The position numbers and the translations under genes are program-made. This document shows, piece after piece, positions 38,800-48,968 of a stretch of 64,000 nt of DNA (positions within the stretch are counted from its first letter, which is position 1; each line of letters opens with the position of its first letter). Origin of the DNA: an uncultured Verrucomicrobiae bacterium (lineage in GTDB: Bacteria; Verrucomicrobiota; Verrucomicrobiia; Chthoniobacterales; Chthoniobacteraceae); assembly GCA_963769025.1 (NCBI GenBank), contig CAVYKI010000009.1:320001-384000 (forward strand), written 5' to 3'. The notes beneath the pieces are model-generated. The model made no database searches, had not been told where the DNA came from, and saw only the letters and a program-made list of their open reading frames with translations.

Positions 38800-38890
38800 C
38801 GGAAATGTTAAATTTGCCGCCCCGTTCTTCGCGATGCAGGTGATTGATGGCCGCGCGTCATGAAACTGGGATCTTCGTCGGCGCCCACCA

Positions 38891-39916
38891 TCAGGTCTGT
38901 GCAGGGATGAGCAGGTGCCGGATTTGTGATGTGGTCGCCGTGCCGGTCGTCCCCAGTTGGTGGATGACGACGTTCGCCGCCGCCATTGCGATCTCCATGG
39001 CCTCGTGCATCTCCGCGCCGGCTGCGAGCGCCATCGCGAGATTGGCAGAGACGGAGTCACCTGCACCGACGATGTCAATCGTACCGCGAACGGGAAATGC
39101 CGGAACGTGTTCGATGCATCCGGATGCGTCCGCTCCCAGAATGCCCTGCCCGGCTTGGCTGACAAATACGGCGTGTCCATTTTGCTGCGCTCGGCTCCGG
39201 GTTGCGTCCCGCATCGCCGAAGGATCGGATTCCGAAACACCTTCGAGCACCGAGAGTTCGCGGGCGTTCATCTTCCAAATGCACGGCGGCCAGCCGCCCA
39301 ATCCCCGGCGGCAGTCCGCCAGCACGGGAACCGTCAGGCGTTCCCGCGAGAGTTCGCCGATGGCTTCGCGAATGCGCGTGGTGACGACACCCGTTTCGGC
39401 GATGTCCACCTGATCCATCACGATGATCGCATCGGCATCCGCCGCGAGTTTGCGCAGCGCGACGAGCAACTGCTCATCCACGGCTGCCGGCGTGGGCGTC
39501 CAGTTTTTCAAGTCGAGCCTGCTGAGTTCACGTGGCGCCTGACCGGGTTCGTGCAGCAGCGGTTTCGTATAGGTGAAAGTGCGGCGCCCGGCCGTCTGGA
39601 GAAATCCCTCGCAATGCACGCGCGGGATATTTCCCAGCGCGCGCTGCAACTCGAATCCTTCGCCGTCCTCTCCGCAAAAGCCGATCGGAAACACCGCGCC
39701 CGCGCCGAGTGCAGTGAGGTTCGCGAGGATCGTCCCGGCCGCGCCGGGTTGGGAGCGGACGTTGGTGACATTGTGGACCGGCAGCCCGGTCTCGATGGAT
39801 GTCTCGCCCTTCGCCGGATCGATATCAAGGTATCGGTCGAGACAGAAGTCTCCGAGCAGGACGATGCGCAGCTTCGCATAGCGCTCCGAGAGTTGGGTGA
39901 ATCGCTCCGGCGTCAT
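38891..39916 (-). CDS. PfkB-family carbohydrate kinase, RfaE/HldE kinase-domain-like
   Basis: LGDFCLDRY, PGAAG, G.D.EG, RLD, IDIVGAGDS, AA.VVI..LGT. Confidence 0.85.
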   Translation of the reverse strand: MTPERFTQLSERYAKLRIVLLGDFCLDRYLDIDPAKGETSIETGLPVHNVTNVRSQPGAAGTILANLTALGAGAVFPIGFCGEDGEGFELQRALGNIPRVHCEGFLQTAGRRTFTYTKPLLHEPGQAPRELSRLDLKNWTPTPAAVDEQLLVALRKLAADADAIIVMDQVDIAETGVVTTRIREAIGELSRERLTVPVLADCRRGLGGWPPCIWKMNARELSVLEGVSESDPSAMRDATRSRAQQNGHAVFVSQAGQGILGADASGCIEHVPAFPVRGTIDIVGAGDSVSANLAMALAAGAEMHEAMEIAMAAANVVIHQLGTTGTATTSQIRHLLIPAQT

Positions 39917-39927
39917 CGCTCAGTCGC

Positions 39928-41013
39928 TTATGCCCGAAGGGCGTGCAGCAGGCCGTGGACGAATGCGAGGTTGTCGCACTGCGCGTACTGCATCGCGCCG
40001 CCCATGCGGGAGAAGCTCTTGCAGAACCGCAGGTAATACGCGGCCGACGTCTTCGGCGGTTCGCCCTGCGTCCAGTCCCAGTTCCCGCCGTCCTGCAGAT
40101 CCACTACGAAAATGCTGTGCCCGGTTACGGCTGGGCGGTCGTTTTGAAAGCGGACGTTGTGGACGCAGCTCAGGCTCTTCTCAAAAACCTGCGGCGCCAT
40201 GATTGCCGAGCCGACTGCGAGCAGCACGCCATCATCGAGCCGATCCACGCTCCCGCAGAAGGAATGAAAATCCGTCGTCGCCGCACGCCCGATCGCCGCG
40301 CCGTTGAAAAGCGGATGGCACGACACGATGTCGTAGCCGATGCCGGGATGCACCGTCGCCGGGACGCCCAGCCGGAACGCCTGCGCGAGGATGGATGCGT
40401 GTTTCCATTTGTGAATGACCTCATGCCGTCCCGCGGCGATGGCGTGGCGTTGCATCGCGGTCAGCACTTCGGCCTGCGCTGGAGCATCGCCATCCGGATG
40501 GGTGAGCGCTTCGCGCAATGCTTCCGGCGCGGGGAATGTGCAGCCGTCCTCGTGGATGAAACGTCCGAGCGCGGCGCCGTAGCCTTCGCCGCGAAGCCCG
40601 CCAGCGAGCAGCGCGAGATGAATGTTGCGTCCCGTTTCCTCCCACGCGCCAAATGTCCCGGTCGTGACATTTTCCTCCACGCTCTCGCAGGACTTCCCGA
40701 GCCACGCGAATTCCCAGTCGTGGATGGTCCCCGCTCCATTCGTGGCGATGTGGGTGATCCATTCGCGCTCCATCAATTCCGTCACGATGCGCGCGGCGCC
40801 GTTGCGGAGAAGATGCGCGCCATACATCAGGATCACCGCCGCGCCGCGCTTCCGAGCCTCGCGGATTTTCTCCGCAGCCGCGGCAATGGTGGCGCTGGCA
40901 TCGGCGGCCGCAGGCGCGGTGTCCGGGTCCACGAGAATCTCATCCACGTCCAGGAGACTCCTCCTTTCGGTGAGCGGATGGCTGCGGATTTCTGACGGAT
41001 CGAATCGGTTCAC
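39928..41013 (-). CDS. Conserved hypothetical protein, deoxyhypusine-synthase-like fold
   Basis: VILMYGAH..G..LME..ITHIATNGAG.IHD.E parallels the DHS nucleotide-binding region; GTGA-coupled to the HAD gene. Confidence 0.65.
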   Translation of the reverse strand: MNRFDPSEIRSHPLTERRSLLDVDEILVDPDTAPAAADASATIAAAAEKIREARKRGAAVILMYGAHLLRNGAARIVTELMEREWITHIATNGAGTIHDWEFAWLGKSCESVEENVTTGTFGAWEETGRNIHLALLAGGLRGEGYGAALGRFIHEDGCTFPAPEALREALTHPDGDAPAQAEVLTAMQRHAIAAGRHEVIHKWKHASILAQAFRLGVPATVHPGIGYDIVSCHPLFNGAAIGRAATTDFHSFCGSVDRLDDGVLLAVGSAIMAPQVFEKSLSCVHNVRFQNDRPAVTGHSIFVVDLQDGGNWDWTQGEPPKTSAAYYLRFCKSFSRMGGAMQYAQCDNLAFVHGLLHALRA

Positions 41014-41829
41014 GGCGCGATGAGTGCCTCGATGATCTGCTGAGCCGCGTGAAAATCCGCAATCACGCCATCCGCACCGGCTGCGAGCAGCGTCTCGCGT
41101 TTGGCCGGATCAATCCGGCCGGAGCCGTGATTCTCCTCGTCGCTTGCCACCGCGATCGCAATCCCCCCGACCGACTTCGTCTCGCGGATTTCGACGGGGC
41201 CGTCGCCGAATGCCAGCAGTGTTGAGCCATCCGACGCCCTGTTCGCGCAGGAGGTTCGCGATGACTGCGCGTTTCGAAAAGTTCCGATCCTCCAGCGTGT
41301 CCGGGCCGTGCATCGCGTCGAAGTAGCGCGCGACATCGAGCAACTCCGTCTCGTGCCGGACTTCGTGCAGCACCGAACCGGTCGCGAGCGTGAGCACGAT
41401 TCCGCGCGCGCGGAGTGTTTCAAAAAGCGCGCGGACACCGCGCACCAGAAGCGAATCCGTGCCCGGCGGTTCCCGCCGGGCGCGCTCGAGTCGCGCGCTC
41501 ACTGCCTCGCCAAGCCTTCGCTGAAACTCATCGTTGTAGTGCCCGGCAGACTCCGGCGCGCCTCCGCGCTGCGCGACGAGTTCCGCGAGATGCACCATCT
41601 GGTGGATGGTCGGCTTGCCGTTGAGCGTCATCAGCTCCGCGCGCGCGAACGCCCGCCGTTGCGCATCGCTTTCCTCCGCGAGCGGAGGGAGATGCTCGGC
41701 GTAAAGTGCGGCCATGATGTCCGCCCACCCGCCGCGGCTCAGCGACGTGGTGCCATCCCAATCCATGAGCACATGGCTGATGGCGCGCGGGCGGAGCGGG
41801 CGTGCAAATTCAATCGGAGCTGCGGTCAC
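41010..41829 (-). CDS. HAD-family hydrolase/phosphatase; +1 frameshift at ~41231
   Basis: DWDGT motif I, LATG motif II and K in frame 1; FGDGPVEI and LAAGAD in the shifted frame; length is 3n+1. Confidence 0.82.
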
Positions 41830-41841
41830 GCGCGCACTAAG

Positions 41842-44800
41842 TCACTTCGCGCGCAGCCACGCAATCACATCGGCCACGTCCTGTGGCTTCAGCACCGTCT
41901 CGAGCCCCTCGGGCATCAGCGATCGGCCCGTGGGCGTCTGCGCGGCGATGTCCGCACGCAGCACGGGAAATTCCGCACCGCCAGGCAGCCGCAGCGTCAG
42001 ATTGTTCGCCGTTTCGGCGGAGACGATACCGCTCAGCGCAGTGCCGTCCTTCAATGTGACGGTCAGCGCCTGGAAGCGCGGCTCGATGGCGGCGTTCGGA
42101 TCGAAAATCGCAGTGAGCAGCCAGTCGTCCGGCTTGTCCGTGACCATCGCGAGATCCGGGCCGACTTCGTTGCCCTCGTTTTTCAGGCGATGGCAGGTCG
42201 CGCATTGCTGGGTGTAAAGCGCGTGTCCGCGCTGTGCGTCGCCTTTCAGCGCCGCGACGGATGCGTAAGTCGCCACGACCTTCGCGCGGTCGGCGGTGCT
42301 CGCCTTCGGCAGCGTGGGGACGGGACCCGGCGAGGCCGCCGTGGCGTTCAGTTTCTTGAAGAGCGCGCTCTCGGGTGTCACGGACGACAGGATCGCGAGG
42401 CGCATCTGCTCCGTCTCCGCTTCGCGATCGGCGAGCTTTTGCAGGGCGGCATGAGCGCGCTCATCGCGCCATTCGCCGAGCGTCAGTGCGAGCTGGCGTC
42501 GCACGATGAATTCCGGGTCGTCCACACACGGAAGCAGGCTCGGGAGCAGCGTGCTGTCGCTTGTGGCGAGCGCCTCGCTTGCACGCAGCGCCTGCACGCG
42601 GACCTGCGGGTGGGGGTCGCGCAGTGCCGTCCTGATCGTCGCGGCATCCATGCTGCCCAAGGTGCCAAGCGCGGCCAGCGCCTGCACGCGGACCTTCGGG
42701 TCTTTCGCGGTGGAGACAAGAGCGCGGATGAACGGTGCCACTTCCTTTGCGCTGCGTTCCATGAGGACGCGCTGCGCGGTGTCGCGCTGCCAGCCGTTCG
42801 GGGAATCGAGCGCAGCAGCGAGGGCGGCATTGTCGAGGAGTGCGAGGTTCGGCACCGCGCGCAGCTTCGCTCCGCTCGGCAGCACGCGGAAGATGCGGCC
42901 CGTGTCCGCGCCTGCGCGGAGGTCGAGTCGGCTCTGCGTTTCCGGCGCGATCCACTCGGGATGCTCGAGCGCGAAGCGGTGGAAGTCGGCGATGTAGAGG
43001 GCGCCGTCGGGCCCGGTCTTCATCATCACCGGGCGGAACCAGACATCGAGGCTCGCGAGGAATTCGCGGTCCTGCTCGTCGTCCGGGCGGCGGCTCGTGA
43101 AACTCGCACCGTCGGCGCTCAGCACCTCGCGATGCACGACATTGTGCACCGGCTCGCTGATGAAGACGCTGTTCGCGAATCCTGCTCCGAACAGTTCGTC
43201 CCGGTAGGGCGTCGCGCTGTTGCCGCTCGTCACGTAGCCGAGCGACTGCGGCTGGTTGAAGCGGATGGGCGCGGATTCCTTCGGGTATGCAGTGAAGACG
43301 CGCAGGTTGCCGGGATAGTTCGCGAGCATCTGCTTCGTCGTCTTCACCGCGAGCCGCGGGTTCCGGCGGATGTAGCGGTCCTCGAGCGTGTAGTGCCAGA
43401 GCCACGTCGGGTTGTTGTTGCCGAACCAATTGCCCCAGTCGTCGCGATGGCGGCCAAACTGCGTGGCACCGCTCTCGGCTTCGAACTCCGCGGTGTCGGG
43501 GCGGAAGCGGAAGTCGCGGCCGGAGATGCTCACGGGTTTTTGTTCAGCCCGCCTCCTGCCGTCCGCGGCTACGATGTCGCCGCCGCTGTCGCCATTCGCG
43601 CCGTAGAGCCAGCCGTCGAGTCCCCAGTCGAAACCATTGATGCGATGCTGCTGATTTCCCTCCTTGAAGCCGGTGAAAAGCACGGTGCGCGTCTCGGCCT
43701 TTCCGTCGCCATCCTTGTCGGCGAGAAAAATGATGTCCGGCGCCGCTGCGACGATGACGCCATCGCGCCACGGGAAAATCCCGGTGGGATAGGGGATGTC
43801 CTCGGCGAAGGTGGTGGCCTTGTCGTAGGTGCCGTCGCCGTCGGTGTCGGTGAGCACTTTGACCCGGCCGCCGGGCTTGCCCTTGCCGTCCATGCCGAGC
43901 GGGTAGTCGCGCATTTCCACGACCCAGAGCCGGCCGTGCGCGTCCCATTCGAATGCGGACGGGCGACCCGATCAGCGGTTCCGCCGCGACGAGCTCGACG
44001 CGGAAGCCCGGGCGCGGGCGCATCGCTGCGAGCGACTCTTGCGGCGACATCGGCGGCGGGACATCGAATGCGATGAGGTCGCTGAATGGCCGGCGCAGCG
44101 TGTAAGCCTCGAGTTTCACCGTGTCCTCGTTCTGCCAGACGGCGTGTCTGCGATGAAACCACGCGCCGTTGTCGCGCCCATCTTTCACGAATGGCAGGAT
44201 CGATGTGGCGGTGATCGTTGACTGCGGCGATTGCGCCGCGGAAGTGCGGACAAGGTGCGGCCAGCCGCGCTTCCAGCCGAGCCCGTCCTTCACTTTGCCG
44301 GCCCACAGATGAATCGCGTAGCCGGCGTCGTTCGATTGGAAGACATCGTCGTAGCCGTCGCCATTGAGATCCACAAAGCGCAGGCCGTTGTCGCGGCCCT
44401 TGGCATCCAGCACGGAGCAGCCTTCGGGCAGCGAGTAGCCCGCGGGTTTCCATTTTTGTTCCTTGTGATCGAATTCGTAGATGTCGCGGTTGAAGAGCAG
44501 TTCGCACGAGCCGTCGTTGTCGAAGTCACGGAGCCTGATTCCGCTGTCTTCACCGTATTTCGCCAGCTTCAGCACGCCGGCCAGCGCACGCATCAGCTTC
44601 GCGTCCACCTCCCATTTTTCTCCGCGCCACGTCCATGCGCCGAAGGTGACCGAAGTCTCAAAAAGCGTGGCCACGCCTTCGCCGCGCACGACTCCAAAGC
44701 GCAGGCCCATGTCGAGCTGCCGCGATTCGTCGATATCGGGCAGTGCGGGCGAATGAGGCGTCTCCGCTTCGTGCCAGCGATTCTCTTTCGGACGCCAGAC

Positions 44801-45901
44801 GCGCGTGACATCCTTGTCTCCGACGCCCGTGAGCACATCCATGAAGCCGTCGCCGTCCACGTCGAGCAGGCGTACGCCCTCGTCGCCGCCGTTCTTCGGA
44901 TTTCTCACCGTCCCGCCGAGCAGTGCGTTCCTTTCGATGCGCTCCACCGCTTCGCGGAAGGTGAGGAACTTCACGCGCTTGCCGTACTTTTCCTGCGCGT
45001 AGTCGATGAACTCCACCCATTGCTCCGGCGAACTCCAGCCGTGCGGATGGAAGACGGTCGTCATCACGCCCTGCCTGCCGACGACCCAGTCCAGCCCGGC
45101 TTTCCAGTCGGCGAGCGTCTCGGGGTTCTTCGCGCCCTGCGCGTTGAACGCCTGCCAGTCGCTCGGCGTGATGCACGGGAATTCCCAGCACAGCTTCCCG
45201 ACGACGTACGGATACGGGTGGTCCTCGATGAAGCCCGCGTAGTCGCGCAGTGAGATTTTCGTGGGCGGCTTCAGCTCACTCGGGAAATATTTTGCGAAGC
45301 GTTCGCCTTCCTTGCCGCTCGGACGGACGAACACCGATGAGTCAGCCGACAGCCAGCGGCCCTGCCCGCTCGTGCGGTTGAAGATTTCCGCGAAGAAGCG
45401 CGGGCTCGCGGAATTCATCGAGTCGCAGCAGGGCATGCGGAATGCGACGGGCCTGTTTCCCGGGATGCTCGCGAGCATGTCCACGCCGCCGTGGTAGGTG
45501 CGCTGAGCTTCCTCGAACGTCGCCTTGCCGAGGCACGGGCACGGATGCGTGAGCGTGTGGACATCGAGCGACACGCCTTCCTTCAGCCACGCCTGCAACT
45601 GCGGGTCCCCGGGCGGCACGTTGTTCGTCATGATGCTCACCGGCGCGCGTCCATCGATACGCTTCAGGCGGTCGAGGATGGGGCGCAGGAACGTCTCGTA
45701 TTTTGCGGTATCCCGCATGTCGTCGATTGCGAGGATGACGACGGCATCCACGCCGGGTTCGCCGATCCACTGCGGCGTGGTGAACTTCGCCGACTTCGCC
45801 GAGGGCCAGAACGGCGAAGCGTCATCGAGGTAAGTGAGCCGGTTGCCGTCCACGGCAAGGGCCGTGAGCGCCGTGGCGAGCAGGAGGGGGAGAGCGCGCA
45901 T
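41842..45901 (-). CDS. ~1350-aa secreted fusion: polysaccharide-deacetylase-like + FG-GAP-like repeats + PVC-type membrane dehydrogenase propeller + HEAT repeats + cytochrome c; +1 frameshift at ~43957
   Basis: VILAIDD/HTLTHP/FRMP; DVDGDG, DFDNDG, DLNGDG; GFRVELVAAEP|P.AFEWD.GRLWVVEM.DYP; DGWLYGANG; FRPV....GPDGALY; CATCH, GPDL, SLMPEG. Confidence 0.85.
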
Positions 45902-45934
45902 GATCGGGGACTGAAGTCCAAGACCCCGCCGCGG

Positions 45935-46549
45935 TCACTCTCCGAGATACTTTCTCAGCCGCTCACGCAGATCCGTGCGCGCCCGGAAAAGGAGGCTCTT
46001 CACGGCAGGGACCGTGAGAGCGAGCACTTCGCCGATCTCCTCGTAGCTCACGTCCTGGTAGCGCCGCATCACGACGGCCATGCGCTGCGCCTCGGGCAGC
46101 TCCTGGATGGCTCGTTCGATGGCGTCCTGCATCTCCGAATCGAGCATCGTGATGTCGGGTGCCTTGACGTTTCCGTCCGGGAACTGCTGCGCGTGCTCCT
46201 CGCTGTCGGTCGCGGCATCGAGCGAACTCGTCTTGTGTCGCGCACGGCGGCGGGACTCGTTGAAGACGAGGTTGCGCAGGATGGTGTAGAGCCAGGTCGT
46301 GAACTTCGCGGTCGGTTCCCAGCGCGCGGCGCTTTTCCATACGCGCACGAAGACCTGCTGCGAGATGTCCTCCGCCTCGACCGGGTCGCCGATCATTCGC
46401 GCGACGGTGCCGATGACACGCTGCTCGTGCGTCTCGACGAGTTCGCGGAATGCATCCATGTCGCCGCCCTTCACCCGCTCCATAAGGCGCAGGTCCCTCG
46501 CCGGATCGTCACCGGAGGCGTCGGCCTGTAAACTCGGGTCGTCGGTCAT
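45935..46549 (-). CDS. ECF sigma-70 factor
   Basis: GDMDAF, AEDISQQVF, FTTWLYTI.RN, SYEEIG, VKSLLFRAR. Confidence 0.92.
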   Translation of the reverse strand: MTDDPSLQADASGDDPARDLRLMERVKGGDMDAFRELVETHEQRVIGTVARMIGDPVEAEDISQQVFVRVWKSAARWEPTAKFTTWLYTILRNLVFNESRRRARHKTSSLDAATDSEEHAQQFPDGNVKAPDITMLDSEMQDAIERAIQELPEAQRMAVVMRRYQDVSYEEIGEVLALTVPAVKSLLFRARTDLRERLRKYLGE

Positions 46550-46649
46550 CGTGGCTCGTTCGCGGGTGCAGCTGGGGCTTGAAGGGAAGTCACGATGGGG
46601 AATCGCCCCGGCAGTGGCAATTCGTTTCCCGGGCGCGCGCCGCGCGGAA

Positions 46650-47528
46650 CTATTTCTGCCGACGCTCCCGGACGGGAGCCTTGTGCATTGCGGTCCGCAG
46701 TTCTTCCGGAGTCCATCCGCCTGCGCGCAATGTGCGCAGGCTCAGTGCATCGTCCCGTTTCGCGAGCCGGGTGCCGGTTTCGTCGGTCATCAGCTCGCAA
46801 TGGAAGAATGCGGGCGGCGTCCAGCCGAGCGCGCGGAAAAGCAGGTTCTGGCGAAAGGTGCTCGTGATGAGATCCGCCCCGCGGACGACCTCGGTGATGC
46901 GCATGAGCGCGTCGTCCACCGCGCAGGCGAGCTGGTAGCTCGGGAGGCCGTCCTTTCGCCACACGAGAAAATCGCCGAAGTCGCGGCCCGCCTCCGCCTC
47001 CTGTTTGCCGAAGTGTCCGTCGCCAAATGAAACCGTCTCGCCTTCCGGAACGCGGAAACGCCAGTTCACGCCTTCTCGCGGATGCGATGAAATCACGGGC
47101 TTCGGCGGACGGCACGTGCCGGGGTAGAGCGGTTCCTCCTCGCCTTCGTGCGGCGCGGAAAGCGCGCGGAGCACATCCTGCCGCGAGCAAGTGCATGGAT
47201 AGATGAGGCCGGTCGAGCGCAGCCGTTCGAACGCCTCGGTGTAAAGCGGCAGCCGCTCAGTCTGCGTGTACGGTCCGAACGGTCCGCCAATATCCGGCCC
47301 CTCCTGCCAGCGGAAGCCGAACCATCGCATGTCCTCCAGCGCAGCATTGCTGAATTCGGCGCGGCAGCGCGGGCCGTCGAGATCGTCGATGCGCAGGACG
47401 AGCGCGCCGCCCGCAGCCTCGGCGCGCTGTTGTGCGGTCCAGAAAGTCCGCGCGTGGCCGAGATGCAGGTAGCCGGTGGGCGAGGGAGCGATTCGCCCAC
47501 GGTAGCAAGTTCGGGACTCCGCCGCCAT
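46650..47528 (-). CDS. gluQ: Glutamyl-Q tRNA(Asp) synthetase
   Basis: APSPTG.LHLGH, RIDDLD, CTCSR..YPGTC, VVRGADL, RLAKR; no anticodon-binding domain. Confidence 0.9.
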   Translation of the reverse strand: MAAESRTCYRGRIAPSPTGYLHLGHARTFWTAQQRAEAAGGALVLRIDDLDGPRCRAEFSNAALEDMRWFGFRWQEGPDIGGPFGPYTQTERLPLYTEAFERLRSTGLIYPCTCSRQDVLRALSAPHEGEEEPLYPGTCRPPKPVISSHPREGVNWRFRVPEGETVSFGDGHFGKQEAEAGRDFGDFLVWRKDGLPSYQLACAVDDALMRITEVVRGADLITSTFRQNLLFRALGWTPPAFFHCELMTDETGTRLAKRDDALSLRTLRAGGWTPEELRTAMHKAPVRERRQK

Positions 47529-47538
47529 CGTCCGGCAG

Positions 47539-48948
47539 CTACTTCACCAACTTCAAATCCGTGTCGTACAGCACGACCGCGCCGAGTTTTTCGAGACTCG
47601 CACGGACTTGCTTCGCGTCGCCGACGACGACGATGGCGACGTCCTTGGTACTCAGATATTTTCCCGCGAGTTCCTTCACCTGCGCCGGTGTCACGGCGGC
47701 CATGCGCTTCGCGTAGGTCTTGTAGAAATCCGGAGCGAGCCCGTAGAGGTCGATGTCCTGCACGCGCGTCGCCACGCGGCCGGCGTTTTCGAGGGAGAGG
47801 AGGTAGTTGCCGATGTTGTATTGCCGCTGGAGTTCCAGTTCTGGCTCTGCGACGGGCTCGGTCATGAGGCGGTTGATTTCACCGAGGATTTCCGTGATGG
47901 CCGCAGCGGTCACGTTGTTGCGTGTCTCGGCGGTCGCCTGGAAATAGCCGGCTTCCTTGTTATAGCCGAATGCGCTGCTGCTTCCGTAGGTGTAGCCGTT
48001 CCTTTCGCGGAGATTTTGGAAAAGGCGTCCGCTGAATCCGCCCCCGAGAATCGAGTTCATCACGTTCACCTCGGGGAGGTCGGTCGCATCCTTGCGCGAC
48101 GGTGCGCCGCGGCAGACGATGACGCTGCTCTGCACACTCCCGGGCAGATCCAGCAGATGGATCGTGAGTCCGGTAATCGGCGCGACTGCGGGGTGACTGG
48201 CGATTGGAAGGTCCTTGCGAGCCCACGAGCCGAGTGCCTTTTCGATCTTCGGCAGGATGTCCGCAGCCTTCACGTCGCCGACGATGGCAAGCGAGGCGTT
48301 GTTCGGCGCGAACCACGCCTTGTGATATGCCACGAGGTCGTCGCGTTCGATGGACTTCACGCTTTCGGGCGTCGTGAACTTCCCGTACGGATGCTCGCCG
48401 AACAGCGTGCGGTCCATCAGTTTCGCGACGAGTGCGCGCGGCTCCTTCTTTTGCGCCATCAGCGAGGAATACGTGCGCTTCTGCGCTTTCGCGAATTCCT
48501 CCTGGGCAAACACCGGATGGATGACCGCATCGGCGAGCAGATCCAGCAACGGGTCTGTGATCTTCGTCAGCCCGCTTGTGCTTACGCTGATCGCATCCGC
48601 GCCGGAGCTGGCCTCGAGCTTTGCGCCGAGCGAGTCCACGGTCTGAGCAAAGGTGAGCGCGTCGCGCGTGGCGGTGCCGCGGTTCAGCAGTCCGGCGACG
48701 AATCCGGCGGTGCCCGATTTTCCGCCGTCGAGCGCGTCGCCAGCCTTGATGACGAGCCGCATGGTGATCGTCGGCTTCCGGTCGTCCTCGATCACGAAGA
48801 CCTTCAGGCCGTTCGGCAGGACCTTCGTCGCGTAGTCGGGGAAAGCCGCTTCCGGCGCGGGGCCGGGCTCGGGCTTTTTCGTCCGGTCCACGGCGCCGTG
48901 GGCGGAGAGGATGAGCGTGCTGAGCAGGAGAGGGAGAAAGCGTCGCAT
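47539..48948 (-). CDS. M16B peptidase, non-catalytic subunit
   Basis: LPNGL, PNNA, LGGGFSGRLFQNLRE..GYTYG; lacks HXXEH. Confidence 0.88.
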   Translation of the reverse strand: MRRFLPLLLSTLILSAHGAVDRTKKPEPGPAPEAAFPDYATKVLPNGLKVFVIEDDRKPTITMRLVIKAGDALDGGKSGTAGFVAGLLNRGTATRDALTFAQTVDSLGAKLEASSGADAISVSTSGLTKITDPLLDLLADAVIHPVFAQEEFAKAQKRTYSSLMAQKKEPRALVAKLMDRTLFGEHPYGKFTTPESVKSIERDDLVAYHKAWFAPNNASLAIVGDVKAADILPKIEKALGSWARKDLPIASHPAVAPITGLTIHLLDLPGSVQSSVIVCRGAPSRKDATDLPEVNVMNSILGGGFSGRLFQNLRERNGYTYGSSSAFGYNKEAGYFQATAETRNNVTAAAITEILGEINRLMTEPVAEPELELQRQYNIGNYLLSLENAGRVATRVQDIDLYGLAPDFYKTYAKRMAAVTPAQVKELAGKYLSTKDVAIVVVGDAKQVRASLEKLGAVVLYDTDLKLVK

Positions 48949-48968
48949 GGGGATAAAATCGGTTGGGG

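Noticed and set aside
41308..44076. 922-aa plus-strand ORF, and similar long antisense ORFs (16383..18428, 11827..13581, 51587..53293, 47608..49086)
   Set aside because: Stop-poor shadows of well-supported opposite-strand genes in high-GC DNA; no recognisable motifs
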